This document shows positions 21,235 to 33,591 of a DNA stretch of 46,927 nt, piece by piece (position 1 is the stretch's first letter; each line of letters begins with the position of its first letter). Made by a program: the position numbers and the translations under genes. This stretch comes from Chromera velia (lineage: Eukaryota). The notes under the pieces are model-generated. The model was not told the DNA's origin. It saw nothing but the letters and a program-made list of their open reading frames with translations, and ran no database searches. The DNA is taken from contig JAHBMJ010000511.1 of the NCBI GenBank assembly GCA_018398765.1, positions 1 through 46,927 of the forward strand, written 5' to 3'.

Positions 21235-24200
21235 ATAAATTATATAAATTAGACTTTTCGTTCCTTTGATTGTTCTCCAACAACCGTCAATTTTGACTTC
21301 TCTCTTATTTGGTGAGCTTCTTTTTGATTTTTCGCTTTTTTCTCTTTCTCGTTTGCCTCTGTCTCTTTTCTCTTACGCGCTCACGCTCTTGCTTTTCTGT
21401 GTGTGCGCGTATGCATATGCATCTATGTCTGTCTGTATGTGTGTGCCTGTTTGATCTCTTTCTCTTTCATTCTTGCTTTATATTTTTCGCCTGTTCGTTC
21501 GTTCGTTCGTTCCTTTTGGTGTATGGAAATTTTTAAAGCATATGGGGTGCAACAAATTTGTTGTCTAAATACAAGTAAGTAAAGATTTCCTATCAAGATA
21601 ACCTGAAGTAGTGATGAGACAGTTGGACCCAGTTGTTTTTTCTTTTTAAAAATTCTTCGGCAATGATGGGTAGAGCAGATGGTAGGGGTTAAGAAATTAA
21701 ATAAGCCAAAGGGCGGAGGGCAAACAGAGATGCATAAGATGGTAGGGGAATGAAACAGATAATAAGAAGACATAATAAGGATACTTATTCGGGTACGGAG
21801 GAAACAGTGGACACGCGAGTCGTTACATTGTGAAGGTTTGAGTGATAATATGCAACGCAGTGTGTCAGCGTGGAATGAGCTGCATGCATTGTGAATCTGG
21901 TATAATGTATGCCTGTACGGCGTGCGTCAGTCCATGCATCTGTCCGTCTATCAGTCATTGCACACACCATGTAGGTCAGACAGTCTGGAGGCAACAGAGC
22001 ATTGTCTAGGAGAGAAGTACAAACCTTGCATGGCAGAACTTACTTCTTATAAGCCCCGTATGTGAAGCCATACTATGCTACCTGATGTGAGTAGTGGTTA
22101 TACAGTTCTTGTAGGCAGCTTTGTATCTGTGCCCAGGTCTTAGACAACTGTCCATGGGATTGTCAAAGGGTGGATAGACCGTATCCCTGAGGAGTTTGAC
22201 TGACTGACTGACTGACTCAGAGTGACTGACTGAGTCAAACTGACTGATTAATTGATTGAAAAATATGCCCCTCGAATGGCTTCTATGCATGAAGCTATAT
22301 GAACAATTTTGATTATGTTCTTTTATTTTAATGATCAATGTTTTATGATTTAGAAAATTTTGGAAATCTATTTAATCAACGCTAGAGTCAATTTAGGATA
22401 GATCCTTGGATGGACCCTAAGCCTGCCCCCCCCCCCCTTTAAATGTACATCAGGTACTATCCTAAGTATCCTATTGTACTATCCGATAGTACAATGTACT
22501 ATCCTTTCGGTAACTATGAATGCAGGCCAGGGTCATAGCAGGGAACGAAGGAGTCGTATGCATGTCTAGATACACGTCTAAAACGGGGCTTTGAGTGAGT
22601 GTTGTAGAAGCTGCTCTGTTTCTACGCATGCGTATATATGCGTATTTGTTTGTATCGGGTGAACACGTAGTAAATGAGTCATTTTGTTAGTGAGTGAGTC
22701 AGTAAGTGACTATGTGCACGTACCAACATATGTGTTTACGAAGAGGTAGGGAAGAGACACAAGCCAAACGAACTGATCTCGATTGTACGACCATTTTGCA
22801 GGTGCGCTACTTCAAAGAAGGGGGCAACGGCCGGCTTTACTGCCTCTGTTTATCCCAAAAGTTTGACATATCTTTAATAATATTTTCTAATTTACGTAGG
22901 ACGTTCTACTCATTGGTTCTACTTCTCTTAAGATTTAAACTAAAGACTGTTATGTTCCACAAATGTAGACTTGGACTGGCAATTTCAGAACTCTCAGGCT
23001 TTGTCAACCACCAGTCTGCATATTTTGTATAAAACAAAAACTTTGAACTTGAAATACACTTTAAATAGCTAAAAATTAAAAAAACGATTGTTCAAAGTTA
23101 AAGTGCTTACGAGATTGCTTCACATCTTAAAATTCCTAGGTAAATTAAATAAGAGTGTTGCTGGATATATGTGTTTAAAATCATATTTTTAGACATATGT
23201 CAATTAATCTAGATTTTAGTATGTATAATGATAATGTTTGGGTTGAATTTGAAACCAGTGAGTCAAGCACAACTTAGACTCTGGCCAACCCAGCATATCA
23301 TACAGAAATTTGTTCACTAAACCCAGGCCCAATGAGGCATTTGAAGGCTTGCACAACTATGCGGTTCTTTTGGTTTAGTCTTAAATTATGTTAAACATGC
23401 CTACTGCATAGTCTTTGACTTCTAAGTATTACGTTTATTTGTTTTATTTTGTATGGTTTTGTTTAATTTTGTCAAATAGGAAGACGCATATAGACGTGCA
23501 TCCCTGTCACAAATCACTCGGAATTAGAGTGGTTGAGTAACTAAAAAAAATATGGTGTTCATAAAAAAATTATACATTAGGCCCGTGAAAGATTACAGCG
23601 TGCTCCGCTACCGTGCTGGGACATGTCCCGGCTGGCACGCCGGTGGCTACATGCGGGTGCCGGCCAGGAGCCAGGGCCACGCTTCGGTTGCAGCGCATGC
23701 ATACATCTGACATTGATCGCGCTTATCTGATCGCTATATGAAGAGACATTGATCAAACTAGATCGAACAACGATTTTGATTTTGACCGCAGATGTGCGGC
23801 ACTCGGGAAGAGAAGGATATAAAGGTAAGCTTCAAGGCTCTCTTCAAAAAAGCTTTCAAGTGCCACAATAACACCAGGCTAGCGGAAACTCTTCCAAACT
23901 GGCTTACAAGCTACGAGAAAGTGTTGCACAACACTTGAACACTCTGCACAACACTCAAAGTATCAGTATGTAGCTGACTCAAATCTATGTATAGAATAAT
24001 TAGCAGAAACTCAGAAGGACGCGAGGCCCACAACCGTTTGGCGAAGATGCATGACCAATGCTTAACCCAGGGGAAGGGACTGCTTTGATGCTGGTTGTTT
24101 CACTTCAGTTCTTGGAGGTATATATAAACCCTGGAGGTATATATATGATCGGTCAAGCTTGACCGTGATACAGGCGCTTTGACTGTACTGAAGCATCTGT

Positions 24201-24364
24201 ATTGTTTTTTTAATTTATTTTTTTTTTAATTTGTTTTTGTAAAACAATTGGGTCGCTCCAGGTGGGGCCCTATCTGAAACCCGTCTAAGCGTTCACATAG
24301 CGCATGCGGCCGCGCGCGATGACACGCGCAACGATGGCGCAAAAGTGGGTTGAAAACATGCCGG

Positions 24365-24415
24365 AAAAAGTGACCACGGTCGGGCTCGAACCCAGGACTG
24401 CCTATAAGTGGCCGT
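24365..24415 (-). ncRNA. tRNA-like 3' half / Pol III B-box remnant followed by T5
   Basis: Minus strand reads ...GGCCACTTATAGGCAGTCCTGGGTTCGAGCCCGACCGTGGTCA C TTTTT. GGTTCGAGCCC is a B-box. No D-arm or 5' acceptor strand is visible. Confidence 0.35.
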
Positions 24416-24506
24416 CTCGCGGCTTTTTTTTTTCCTTCAAAAAACCGAAGTAGGTCATAGGGGGCAGCTGATAGATAGACGCACGGCCTGCATACGTACT
24501 ATCACT

Positions 24507-25010
24507 ATGGTGCTCCGTCTGCAAAATTCTGGTGCTACTTTTACTTCCAATGTACAGTGCAAACAACTTTTCCACAGTAGAATTTTGCCGATCATTTAAG
24601 CCAAAGCATAGAAATATCAATTCCATTGGACGCAAAAACAGGCCAATGATGCTATTAAAAATGAAATTAGAAATATTTTTGGTGGTTAGTGCGAGCAGTG
24701 TGAAGCAGCAAACCTTCCTCCAATTGTGACTCGTGCTAACATTCGCTGTACATACAATATGCACCATAATCACTACAGAGCAAGCACACATTGGAGATAC
24801 TCTTTGGGCAAACTGAGAGTCAGAAAGATTCCTTCTAAACGTGAAACTCAGTGGATAAATACAGTTTTTGACACAAATCATCCTGACGATGTGGAGCTTC
24901 TCTGCCAGTTTTGTCACTATATGTGCAAACATGAAGCTTGGAGGCATTCTCCTGCTCTGAGAGTCAACCTACCTGGTATAAGGTCTGATATCGAACATCA
25001 AACAGTTTGA
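24507..25010 (+). pseudogene. HNH (beta-beta-alpha-metal, CxxC-type) endonuclease reading frame with three internal TAA/TAG stops
   Basis: ATG at 24507 ... IRNIFGG*CEQC ... YNMHHNHY ... HPDDVELLCQFCHYMCKH ... TGA at 25008-25010. Internal stops at 24597, 24609 and 24687; no frameshift. Confidence 0.72.
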
Positions 25011-25513
25011 GAACCAGGTATAAACATTGACTGAAATTTTTATATAGAATATAAATTGTTAGACTATATGAAAGTGTTTTATACTAGCTAAAATCTTTTA
25101 TGTACTACATATTTTGATTTATACTAGAAAAAGCGTTTTTGGTTACAATTCAAGGGCCAGGGCCTATATATACAAGGGGCGGCACAGTCAATTGGGTTAA
25201 CAGGTTGAAAGGTGTGTTTGTCTTCCATCTCTGGGCTCTATCCCGCCTTCCCTTTTTTGATCGAGCATGCACCGTTCTCTCTTACTCTCTCTGCCCATCC
25301 CTGCAATTTTCACCTTTACGCAGGCATGATTTCTTTTTCCACTCTGTACGCATGTCCTGCTGTGCACCGCTTTCGCCTCTCTTTCACCTCCAACGGCAGA
25401 CCTCCTTTGCCGTATACGGTTCTTTTGCCATCTATTCTTCTGTCGCTCTCTCGAGACACCCACCTTTCTGTTCGTCTCCCGTCACCCTTTTGTCTTTTCC
25501 TCTATCTTCTACA

Positions 25514-25557
<44 letters not shown>

Positions 25558-25618
25558 TCTCTCCCCCTCCGTCTCCCTCTCTCCCTCTCTCCCTCTCCCT
25601 TTCTCCCTCTCTCTCTCC

Positions 25619-25671
<53 letters not shown>

Positions 25672-25688
25672 TGTGTATGTATATGTGC

Positions 25689-25731
<43 letters not shown>

Positions 25732-25752
25732 TATGTGTGTATGTGTATGTGT
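25514..25752. repeat. Compound (CT)n(GT)n microsatellite
   Basis: Seen directly. Confidence 0.95.
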
Positions 25753-26045
25753 TGCATGTTTTGATCTTCTGTGTCTGCATTGGTGATAGGAACTCCTCCA
25801 CCCGTCCGTCTACTCATACTTGGCTATCAGGTGGTCTTGCAGTAAGGCGGTTGATTACTTAGCCTTCATGAGCTCTCTCTCCGTGTATCCTCTGCAGGCT
25901 GCCCTGCTCGATTCTGCACCGCCTCTTTGCCATGAGGGACTTGCTGCAAAAAAGAACTAAGTGCACTTTCAGAAGAGCTGTGGCAACGGCCAGAGGATGG
26001 GAAGGGAAGAGAAATATGGGGCTGCTTTCAAAAGAGTGCGGCCCT

Positions 26046-26087
26046 TTAGGCGCTGCTCATCATTCTCTTAGGCGCTGCTCATCATTC
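26046..26087. repeat. Tandem duplication of TTAGGCGCTGCTCATCATTC (22-bp period)
   Basis: Two exact 20-mers at 26046-26065 and 26068-26087. Confidence 0.9.
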
Positions 26088-27526
26088 AAGACTCAATGAT
26101 CACCCTATAACTCAGCTAGCCAGGTGAGCTCGCTCCAGTTCTGCCTGAATTCTCCCCCCCATATTTTCTTAAGCCTGTGATAGATGCAAGGCCTCGTGGA
26201 TAACCAAAGTTTGAAAGTCCTTACCGCTGAGAGTCTGTCCCTGTAAGTCAACAGGCATCTATTCCCCCACGCAGTACGCGGATTAATCGGGCAGTGTGCT
26301 TCCTTTCGATGCTGATTTGACAGACAGACTTCAGAATCAAGGGGCGACTGGCGGGTTGTAGTCAGACGGCGCGTTGTTACACCCTTTTAATCTTGCCAAA
26401 ATCTCTCCCCCCACTGGTAAGAAGCGAGGATAAAAAAGTCTTGTAAGCGATTGAGGCGACTGAGGCATAAAGGCTTGCAGCATACGGTTCACATCGTTAT
26501 TCGTCTTTTTTTCTGTCCCCTGATTTTGTGTTCCTGGATGGTTTTGTGGACTTTGGGGATGTTTCCCCTCCATCGTTGCTTGCAACTACTCTGTCTGCAG
26601 CTTGAATGGGACGGACTGGGTCTGATGGGCTTTTCGCGTAGCAGGACGTTTTTAGGACTCTCCCTTTATGGTCGTGTACTTCGGGCAGCTACATTTTCCA
26701 AACGAGGTTGTTGGTACCCAGGCCTTGAGGGAGAGGAATCATTGAATTGAGAGGTTCGCATTTTTATGGGCCGTTCTCTGTTTGTCTTGACATTGCAACT
26801 TTTTCTCTCTTTCGGTGTGTGTTTGGGTGTAAGGAAGTTTCTCGTTTGGGCTGCTTAAGTATGTTTCTTTTCGGTTTTTCTCTTTTTTTTTTGTCGTCTT
26901 TTAGCCTTTTGAGTTTCATATCTCGCTGTTTTGTTCTCTTCCTTTCCAGCCTGGTCTCTCTATCCGTATGTCTTCTCTTTTTCCAATCCCCTCCCCCCCC
27001 CCTCTATGTGTGTGTATATGTGTGTGAGGGTGGCGGTCTTCTGTGTCATCACTCGTCAATAAATTTGGTTGACCCGGCCGTCGAACACGAAGTTAGCTCA
27101 GTAGTAGATCGAGAGCTTGTTGCTTACCTGAATGGCCTTCATGACCCCCTTCTCTTCATTTATGCTTTCTGCTACCTTCTGCTGCAGGCCTCTCTACTCG
27201 ATCCTTCATTGCGTGCCTGCGCAACCTGAAGAGAGTCCCACTGACCGAGAGGCAACAGCGGGGAGGTCAAGTCGTTGAAAAACAGGAGGAGGAGCAACTT
27301 CCAAGCAGATATCAGTATCAGAACAAACGTGAGCGAGATGTGCCACTGGGCTCAAGCTTGGTCTCATACTAGGTCTCATAGTAGCCTTGCGTTATCTACA
27401 TACAATCAGGAATTCACTGGCATCACTGCCGTAAAACTCTCAACTTAATTGGTTTCAGTCAGGTCCAGAATCAGTCTCACTGTGACACAAACTCTCTAAA
27501 TCTGTTGAGTCTCTTGCACCCTCCTA

Positions 27527-28157
27527 GATCCCCGGCTCCGCTGTATAGGCTAAGCTAGCAATCTGAGCAGGCACAGGCCTACCGCCTCCCGTATATACCT
27601 ACCGCCGCGTGTTGCAGGGGTATGCGATCCCAACCAAAGAACGACTAGGTAGCATATTTTCGGGCTGGGATACAGGCCGGATCTAATTCAGAAAAACGTT
27701 CGCTCGCCGATTGAATTACTATGACTTCTCTTTTGACAGAGGAGAGTCTATGAAAGGAGACCTCTTCTTCGCTTTTTTCGTGATTTCCATGCAGTCTCCG
27801 CTGATTTCCCTTTTTTTCTCTTTCCCCGCTGCGTCCATCCGTGTCCGCGCACGCGTGTCTATGTTGTCCTTCCGGCTTCCGGATCCCTGAGTCCAGGCCC
27901 AGCCGGCCCGCTTCGCGCATGCCTGTTCGTTTCAACTGGACCTCAGTTCGAGACTCCGCTACGCTCCATTCGAACTGCCACTCCAGACTCCACACGGTCT
28001 GCCATTCTACTGCCCTTCCTGGCTTCTAGCCTGGCTTTCTACCCTGACCGTTTGTCTAGAGTCCGGTTTCAGCCGGCTCTAGGTAATATGCGCCCTCCCG
28101 GATCCCCGGCTCCGCCATCTAGGCTAAACTAGCAATCCGAGCAAGCACAGGCCTACC
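27527..28157. repeat. 57-bp direct repeats (51/57) with a 574-bp period
   Basis: GATCCCCGGCTCCGC...GCACAGGCCTACC at 27527-27583 and 28101-28157. Confidence 0.88.
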
Positions 28158-29111
28158 AGCCCCTACACCAGCCCTAGCTCTTCCCTAGTTTACTGAACCC
28201 TAAACCATTTAGTACCAGATTTACTCTAGGATTTACTTATATTATAATTATTTTATTTTTCTTTTTTTTGTATGTTCTAGGTCTGTCAGACAATACTATC
28301 ACATTTTTAGTGTATGACATTAAAATTTAACCATTAAAAAAGGAAAAATCTAGGGGAAAATATGGTTGTATATCTTATTTATTTTTCAGATAAATGATAA
28401 TTTAAAAAGAGCTACTAGATGTTTACAACTTAATCATACAAAAATTATAGCTATAAATATTAAAGAATTGAAAAAATCTGCTGTATAATCTTATTTTTTA
28501 AAAAGCTGTAAATCGTATAAATATCTAGGTAAACATATAACAATGCTGATATAAAAAATGAATTTCTGTTGTTTGCCTTCTAAACCATTTTCCATGCAGT
28601 GGGCAATAACTTTCTAAGACATGATCAAAAGTGAATGAACTGACTACAACTTTGAACTCCAAAACATTTTTGTGTTGGAATCAGCCTGCACAAATGGTTA
28701 CACGTACCGCAAACCGTTTCACGGACTGTAAGCAAATGTAGAGGCCCTGCACGGGATGCAAGTGAGCTCAGTTGGCCAGCCACTTTTCACTTTCCCTCAA
28801 TCCTTCTGTCAAGTCATGCAAAAAAATCCACTCCAGAAATTCTGTTGGTGCGATTGTACGTACTCCACTCTCTCCATTCTTCTCTTCCCTCCTTGCCCTT
28901 CCTTGCCCTGCCCTTCACTTTTCGTTTCATCCGCCCGCCAACCCAAAGCACCTTGCACCCTGCATTGACTCCTTGGGCTGAACGTCCCCCCACTTTCCCT
29001 CTCCCTCGTTTAAAGTTATCATCATTTGATCATTCGATCAACTCCCTCCCTCATGTCCATACAATCGAATCGGAAATCATGCAGCCCTCCTCGATCTCTT
29101 CCCCCCTGCCA

Positions 29112-32100
29112 TCAGACGTAACCATGCACCTCCTGGGGTGCAGCATACTGATCTGTTCCCCGTCCCCCTGCCGCACTTCTGCGACTCTCAGTGCCCCTGA
29201 AGGAGGCCCCCTCCTGCTTGACGGAGGGGTCCACAGGGTCCGCGTAGAGGTACTGGGACCGCATGAGCTGGTGGGAGGGGACGAAGGACTGTTGGTAGAC
29301 TGAGGAAGCCTCTGAGTCGAGGTCTATCGGCTGGTTGGGTTTGCCTCCATACATCATGGGCTCCTGTTGCTGGCTCTGGATGAGGGAGTTGCGCAATTCA
29401 AACTCCTCCACGCTCAGTTGGGAAGCCGAGAGGTGTGCTTGAGTGACTTTTTTTATCACTCGGGGGTTCCTTTTGTTTTCTTTCAAATCAAGGGCAAACA
29501 GCATGTCCAATGACCTGCACGGGAGGGGAGAAAGAGAAAATTGTGGAAGAACGAAGAAAAAGTGAAATAAACAGAAAATTGCAACGAAAGCGTTCCTGTC
29601 GATATGCATTTCTGTCCTGTATTTTTCAAGGGTCTGGCGGAGGGACAGAGACAAAGGTTCGGTCAAAATCTTTTTTGCTGCTTCCTCCTTCTTTGTTGTC
29701 GTGCCGCAGTCCTGAGAAAGACCTGGCCAGCCCTTGGCCGAGTAACTTATCCATATCTCGCCCAGTCCACACTGACTGACTGACTGACTGACCCGAGGTC
29801 GAAGCCCTCGTATTCCTTTGTCTGCTCGTACCCCACACGGGTCCTCCAGAAGGCGATGTGGAGGAAGAAGAGGTCTCCTACCGCCTGCAGGACAGGAAAG
29901 GAGAGGAGAGAAATGGAGTCAGAGAAGTAATGGATGGAGATCCATACGGCAGTGTATTCACAGGACGAGGAAAATTGTCCTGTGCTCAGAGAGGCGGACG
30001 GACAAGACCCTTAGCAGCACGCGGGGAGGAGCACACGACGGAGCTACGGAGGGTCTCACAGACTACCACAGAGAGGAAAAGGAAAGAGTGGGGCAAGGCC
30101 GAACAGAGGCCCTGACAAGAGGAAGAAAGCGAGAGAAAGATACACAGAAAGGCAAGCGGGCCTGCATGCATGCAGGCAGACAGACAGGCAGACTGACAAT
30201 GAGCATATGGACCATGCAAGCCACAACGGCAGCGATGGAGATTCCAAAGTATTGGGTGTCGTTGTCCTGCAAGAGACGAATGGAAAAGACACGCAGATAT
30301 GATAATATGAGTCAAATGAAGAAACTGAGATGCAAGAAAGGAGGTACGACAGACAACCCCAAATACCGAGTGTCACGCTTGACAAAATATTTGACGAACC
30401 GATGCATATGGCAAATGACGCTTCTCAAAATTCACAGAGTCGACCTTTCTCTATGAGTCAAAGTCGAAGGAGCGAAGAGAGGGGGGAGATCGGGGGTCGG
30501 CAGGGCGTCGGACAATGGAGCGAGATAGAGAGACTTACCAATGTTCCCGAGTATGCAGCAAGAATGCCTCCAGGAATGGTCGTCATCACCGCAAACAGCG
30601 TTCTGCATTCATTTGATGAGCACGGCAATCGCACAGTTGGGACGGGTACAACATGCATGGCGGGTATCAAAAAAGAAGGTTTCCTTTGTGGCCCTCGAGA
30701 CAAGTGGTCGCTGGAAAAGGAGGAAAGGCTTCAAAAACGTGTCCTCCTCCCCCGATTCTCTTTTCGATCGGCAACCACAAGATAGAAGCCATAGAGAAAA
30801 GGACTTCCAGAAGGCACAGTTCTTCATCGCATCGAACCTCACTCGCCGCTTTAGATTTGCCAACAATTTTTTCTTCGGGTGAAGACAAATGCTTTTCCCG
30901 TCCTCGTACACAAACTGTTTCCAACATCACATACACACGTGAAACAAAGCAAGAACTTTTTCTTTCTGTCCAGACTTTCTCACCTGGTTGTTGCGAGTCT
31001 TGCCGTTCTGAGGATGGGGTTGTTGAGGACGTCCGGTTGAGTGGCCAGGAGGAAATGCAGGCCCCCAATGGTTATCAGAGCGATGGCAACTCCAAACGCC
31101 CTCTCGCCCGCCTCCTCTGCAATCGACACAAATCAATAGAGTGTAAGCATTCGTGGTATCCCGTTGGATTTATGCATATTGACAATGTTGCCGCCTTATG
31201 GTCTCCCACCTTCTCTGCAACAAAATCTTCTCGTTCTTCTGAGAGTACTTTCGGCAACACCGCTTTTTCTCTTTGGTCAGCAAAAAAGCCTTTCAGGAGA
31301 AAGAAGACCACTTATGCACACATGAGGAGAGAAGAGGATGGATACTTACTAGGAAGAGGATTCTTCAGTCTGAGCACTCCCACAGCCACCAGGAGGGAGG
31401 AGGTGAGAGCAGACACAATCGCCCTGCATGCAATCAGAGGGAGAGGGAGAAAATGGGAGGGCAGTCTGGCTGCATGCTCTAAGCGCAGGCTCCAAATGAG
31501 TGCACTCACAACCCCCCCTGAGGTAGGTGGACAGTAAAGAATCCAGCACTAATTTGCTTCACTATTTTTTCCCCTCTGTGCGTGTGTATGTGTGTGTGCG
31601 ACACCATCCACCAGGGGACACTGGCAGGAACAGCAACCACAGCAACAGAACAAGAAAAGATTCCCCAAAGCCCAATGCCCGCATCAGAAAGAAGACGACG
31701 AACCTGAAGAAATACGGCAGGCGTGCATTCAGCATCGGTGGGAGGTCGAAGCACCTCTCTGTGTCGCCCTCGTTGATCTTCCTCGGGTATGAGAAAGCGT
31801 CGTAGGCTTGGACAAGAAACAGAACGGCGGTCAGAGTGTGCAGAGCAAAGAAGATGTCTGGAGAGAGGAAAGTGTGTCTGAGGAAGAGAGGGAAGTAGAC
31901 CATACAGAGACACAACAGCCCAAGAGCCCAGAGGGATCGGATGAGGGTATTTCCCTGCCCGACTGCTGCTGAAGAGATTTGTGCTGCTGCCATCAAACCG
32001 AAGGTGATTCCTGCGACAGCGTAAAGGGCGGGTAGTCGCTGTGCTGTGGCTACTGAGTCTTTCTGTCTGATGAACGACGGGTTGTCTGGACTTATGGAGT

Positions 32101-32740
32101 CAAAGCAGACAAGAATGTACAAGGCGTACATTCCTAGGGTGAGAAAGGCGAACGCTCGTCTGCCACTCCTTTTGCATCTGTCAAATGTTTCATAAGGTCG
32201 TGTTGCAAAGTTGCGTTTGGTTTCTTTGTCGAGCACTCTGATGTGATCAGGGTGGTAGTACTGCACCTTTCCGTATTCGGGTGCTTCGTGAGTGAACCCA
32301 TCAAGGTCCACAGGCATGCTTGCTGCCCTGTTTCTCTGGAACGCATCCATCGTTGCGTTCTTCCCCAGAATAATGGAGTCAATGGCAGAAGAAGCACGGC
32401 GAAAGGCCCCTGTTCTCATCTCGAGTCTTCTCTGTTCAGGCATGGAGGACGCCCGCATCAGAGGAATGTGCCTCCTGAGACCAGAGGCTCTTCGCCCCCC
32501 TGCTCCATCTGCAGAAGAACCGTCAACGTCTTCTGCCTGACTGGAGCTCTCGTCTGTTAGAATGTGTCTGCGTACAGGGGGGGACTCGTTGCTCAGAGCT
32601 ACGATGTTAGGATGTGCACGGGGGTTTTCTCTCCGGAGTTCCAGATCCACACTCTGGGAAAAGACCTGAGGGGCGGTGTCACGGAACCTCTGGATCAGAG
32701 GAACCGGACCGTGAAGGGAAGGGCGGCGCTCTCCCGACAT
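29112..32740 (-). CDS. Multi-pass (~9-10 TM) membrane protein of unknown function, 7 exons, ~656 aa
   Basis: Inferred exons (minus strand): 32740-31605, 31423-31350, 31116-30984, 30602-30539, 30266-30198, 29884-29793, 29514-29112. GT-AG introns, phases consistent (1971 nt in total). Hydrophobic segments occur in exons 1-6; termini are disordered. Confidence 0.8.
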
Positions 32741-33591
32741 GCTTTCTTCCTTTCTGGTTGGCTTCCTTCTCTGCTTTTATCTCTTGCTGTCGAAGCTTCT
32801 TGAGGAGTGATTGAACCGTTTCGTCGAAGACTTCAGAAGGATGTCAGACCTCTGAACGGAGGAGTCAGCACCGAAAGTCGTGTCAGAAGGGAGTGAAGAT
32901 CAGTCTGGTGCTCAGTCTGACAGAAAACTCTTGCTTGGTTCAAGAACAAGTGAACTAGCGGTGGCGGCTCCTTTTCGCGTGGACAGTGAGAGTTTTGGTC
33001 TTTGCTTTTCCTACGTGCAGTAAGTGGGTGATCAGGTGATCATAATTACAAGGATCCTGACGCTCTCCACGCAACGTCCACATCGTACGTCGTATATATA
33101 TATCATATATGCATATTGCATGCAGAGGTAATGAAAAAATATACGGGAAAATGGAATTAAAGACTGCGCTCGCTGGAAGTTGCGCTCCCGCGGGCAGTTC
33201 CGTCTGACACAAAATGACAAAATGCGGCAGGAAAGTTTTTTTTTTCGCGCGCCTCGAAAAAAAAGCTTCCTCGAAATCCCCGAACCGTCAGAAAATTCCT
33301 CGAAAGGAATCTTGTGAAATCTTCAGATTAGGCAACTTCACGATACTTCACGTACGGTTCTCACGCAATCTCACGCAGCGAGAAGTTTCGTCCCCGCCAC
33401 TGTCATAAAAAAGGTTGTGAGTACTTCAGGACAATTTCTTTGCTTTCTTCGTCGTTTCGGCTTGTTCTTGAACGAAAAGTGGTTCGTTCGTTTTTCGTCT
33501 CGTCAGGTGTTGTGCTGATTTTCGCCCAGTCTCCGCTTCCTCCAGAAACGTACAGCTGACAGGGCAGTCGTTCTTCTTTTGGTTGTCCAAA
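32741..33591. promoter_or_regulatory. Putative bidirectional promoter/5' UTR region between divergent genes
   Basis: ~850 bp between head-to-head ATGs. Contains a (TA)n stretch at ~33093, TGCATGCA at 33117-33124 and T10-CGCGCG-A8 at ~33236-33264. Confidence 0.5.

Larger units (their letters stand above)
24066..25196. mobile_element. Putative piggyBac-like non-autonomous element carrying an HNH cargo ORF
   Basis: TTAA|CCCA (24062-24069) and TGGG|TTAA (25193-25200). Asymmetric subterminal inverted repeat GTATATATAAACCCTGG (24118-24134) matches the reverse complement of 25157-25173 at 15/17. The terminal match itself is only 4 bp. Confidence 0.5.

Noticed and set aside
16825..25010. RIP-like C-to-T hypermutation inferred from stop codons in the relics
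   Set aside because: Every stop codon is one C-to-T change from a sense codon, so this is not evidence without aligning multiple copies.
28200..28750. AT-rich block ending in GGCCCTG as a hAT right end (similar AGCCCTG at ~14015)
   Set aside because: No matching left TIR or TSD was found by eye.
30653..31537. 294-aa + strand ORF
   Set aside because: Antisense to introns and exons of the minus-strand membrane gene; no recognisable motifs.
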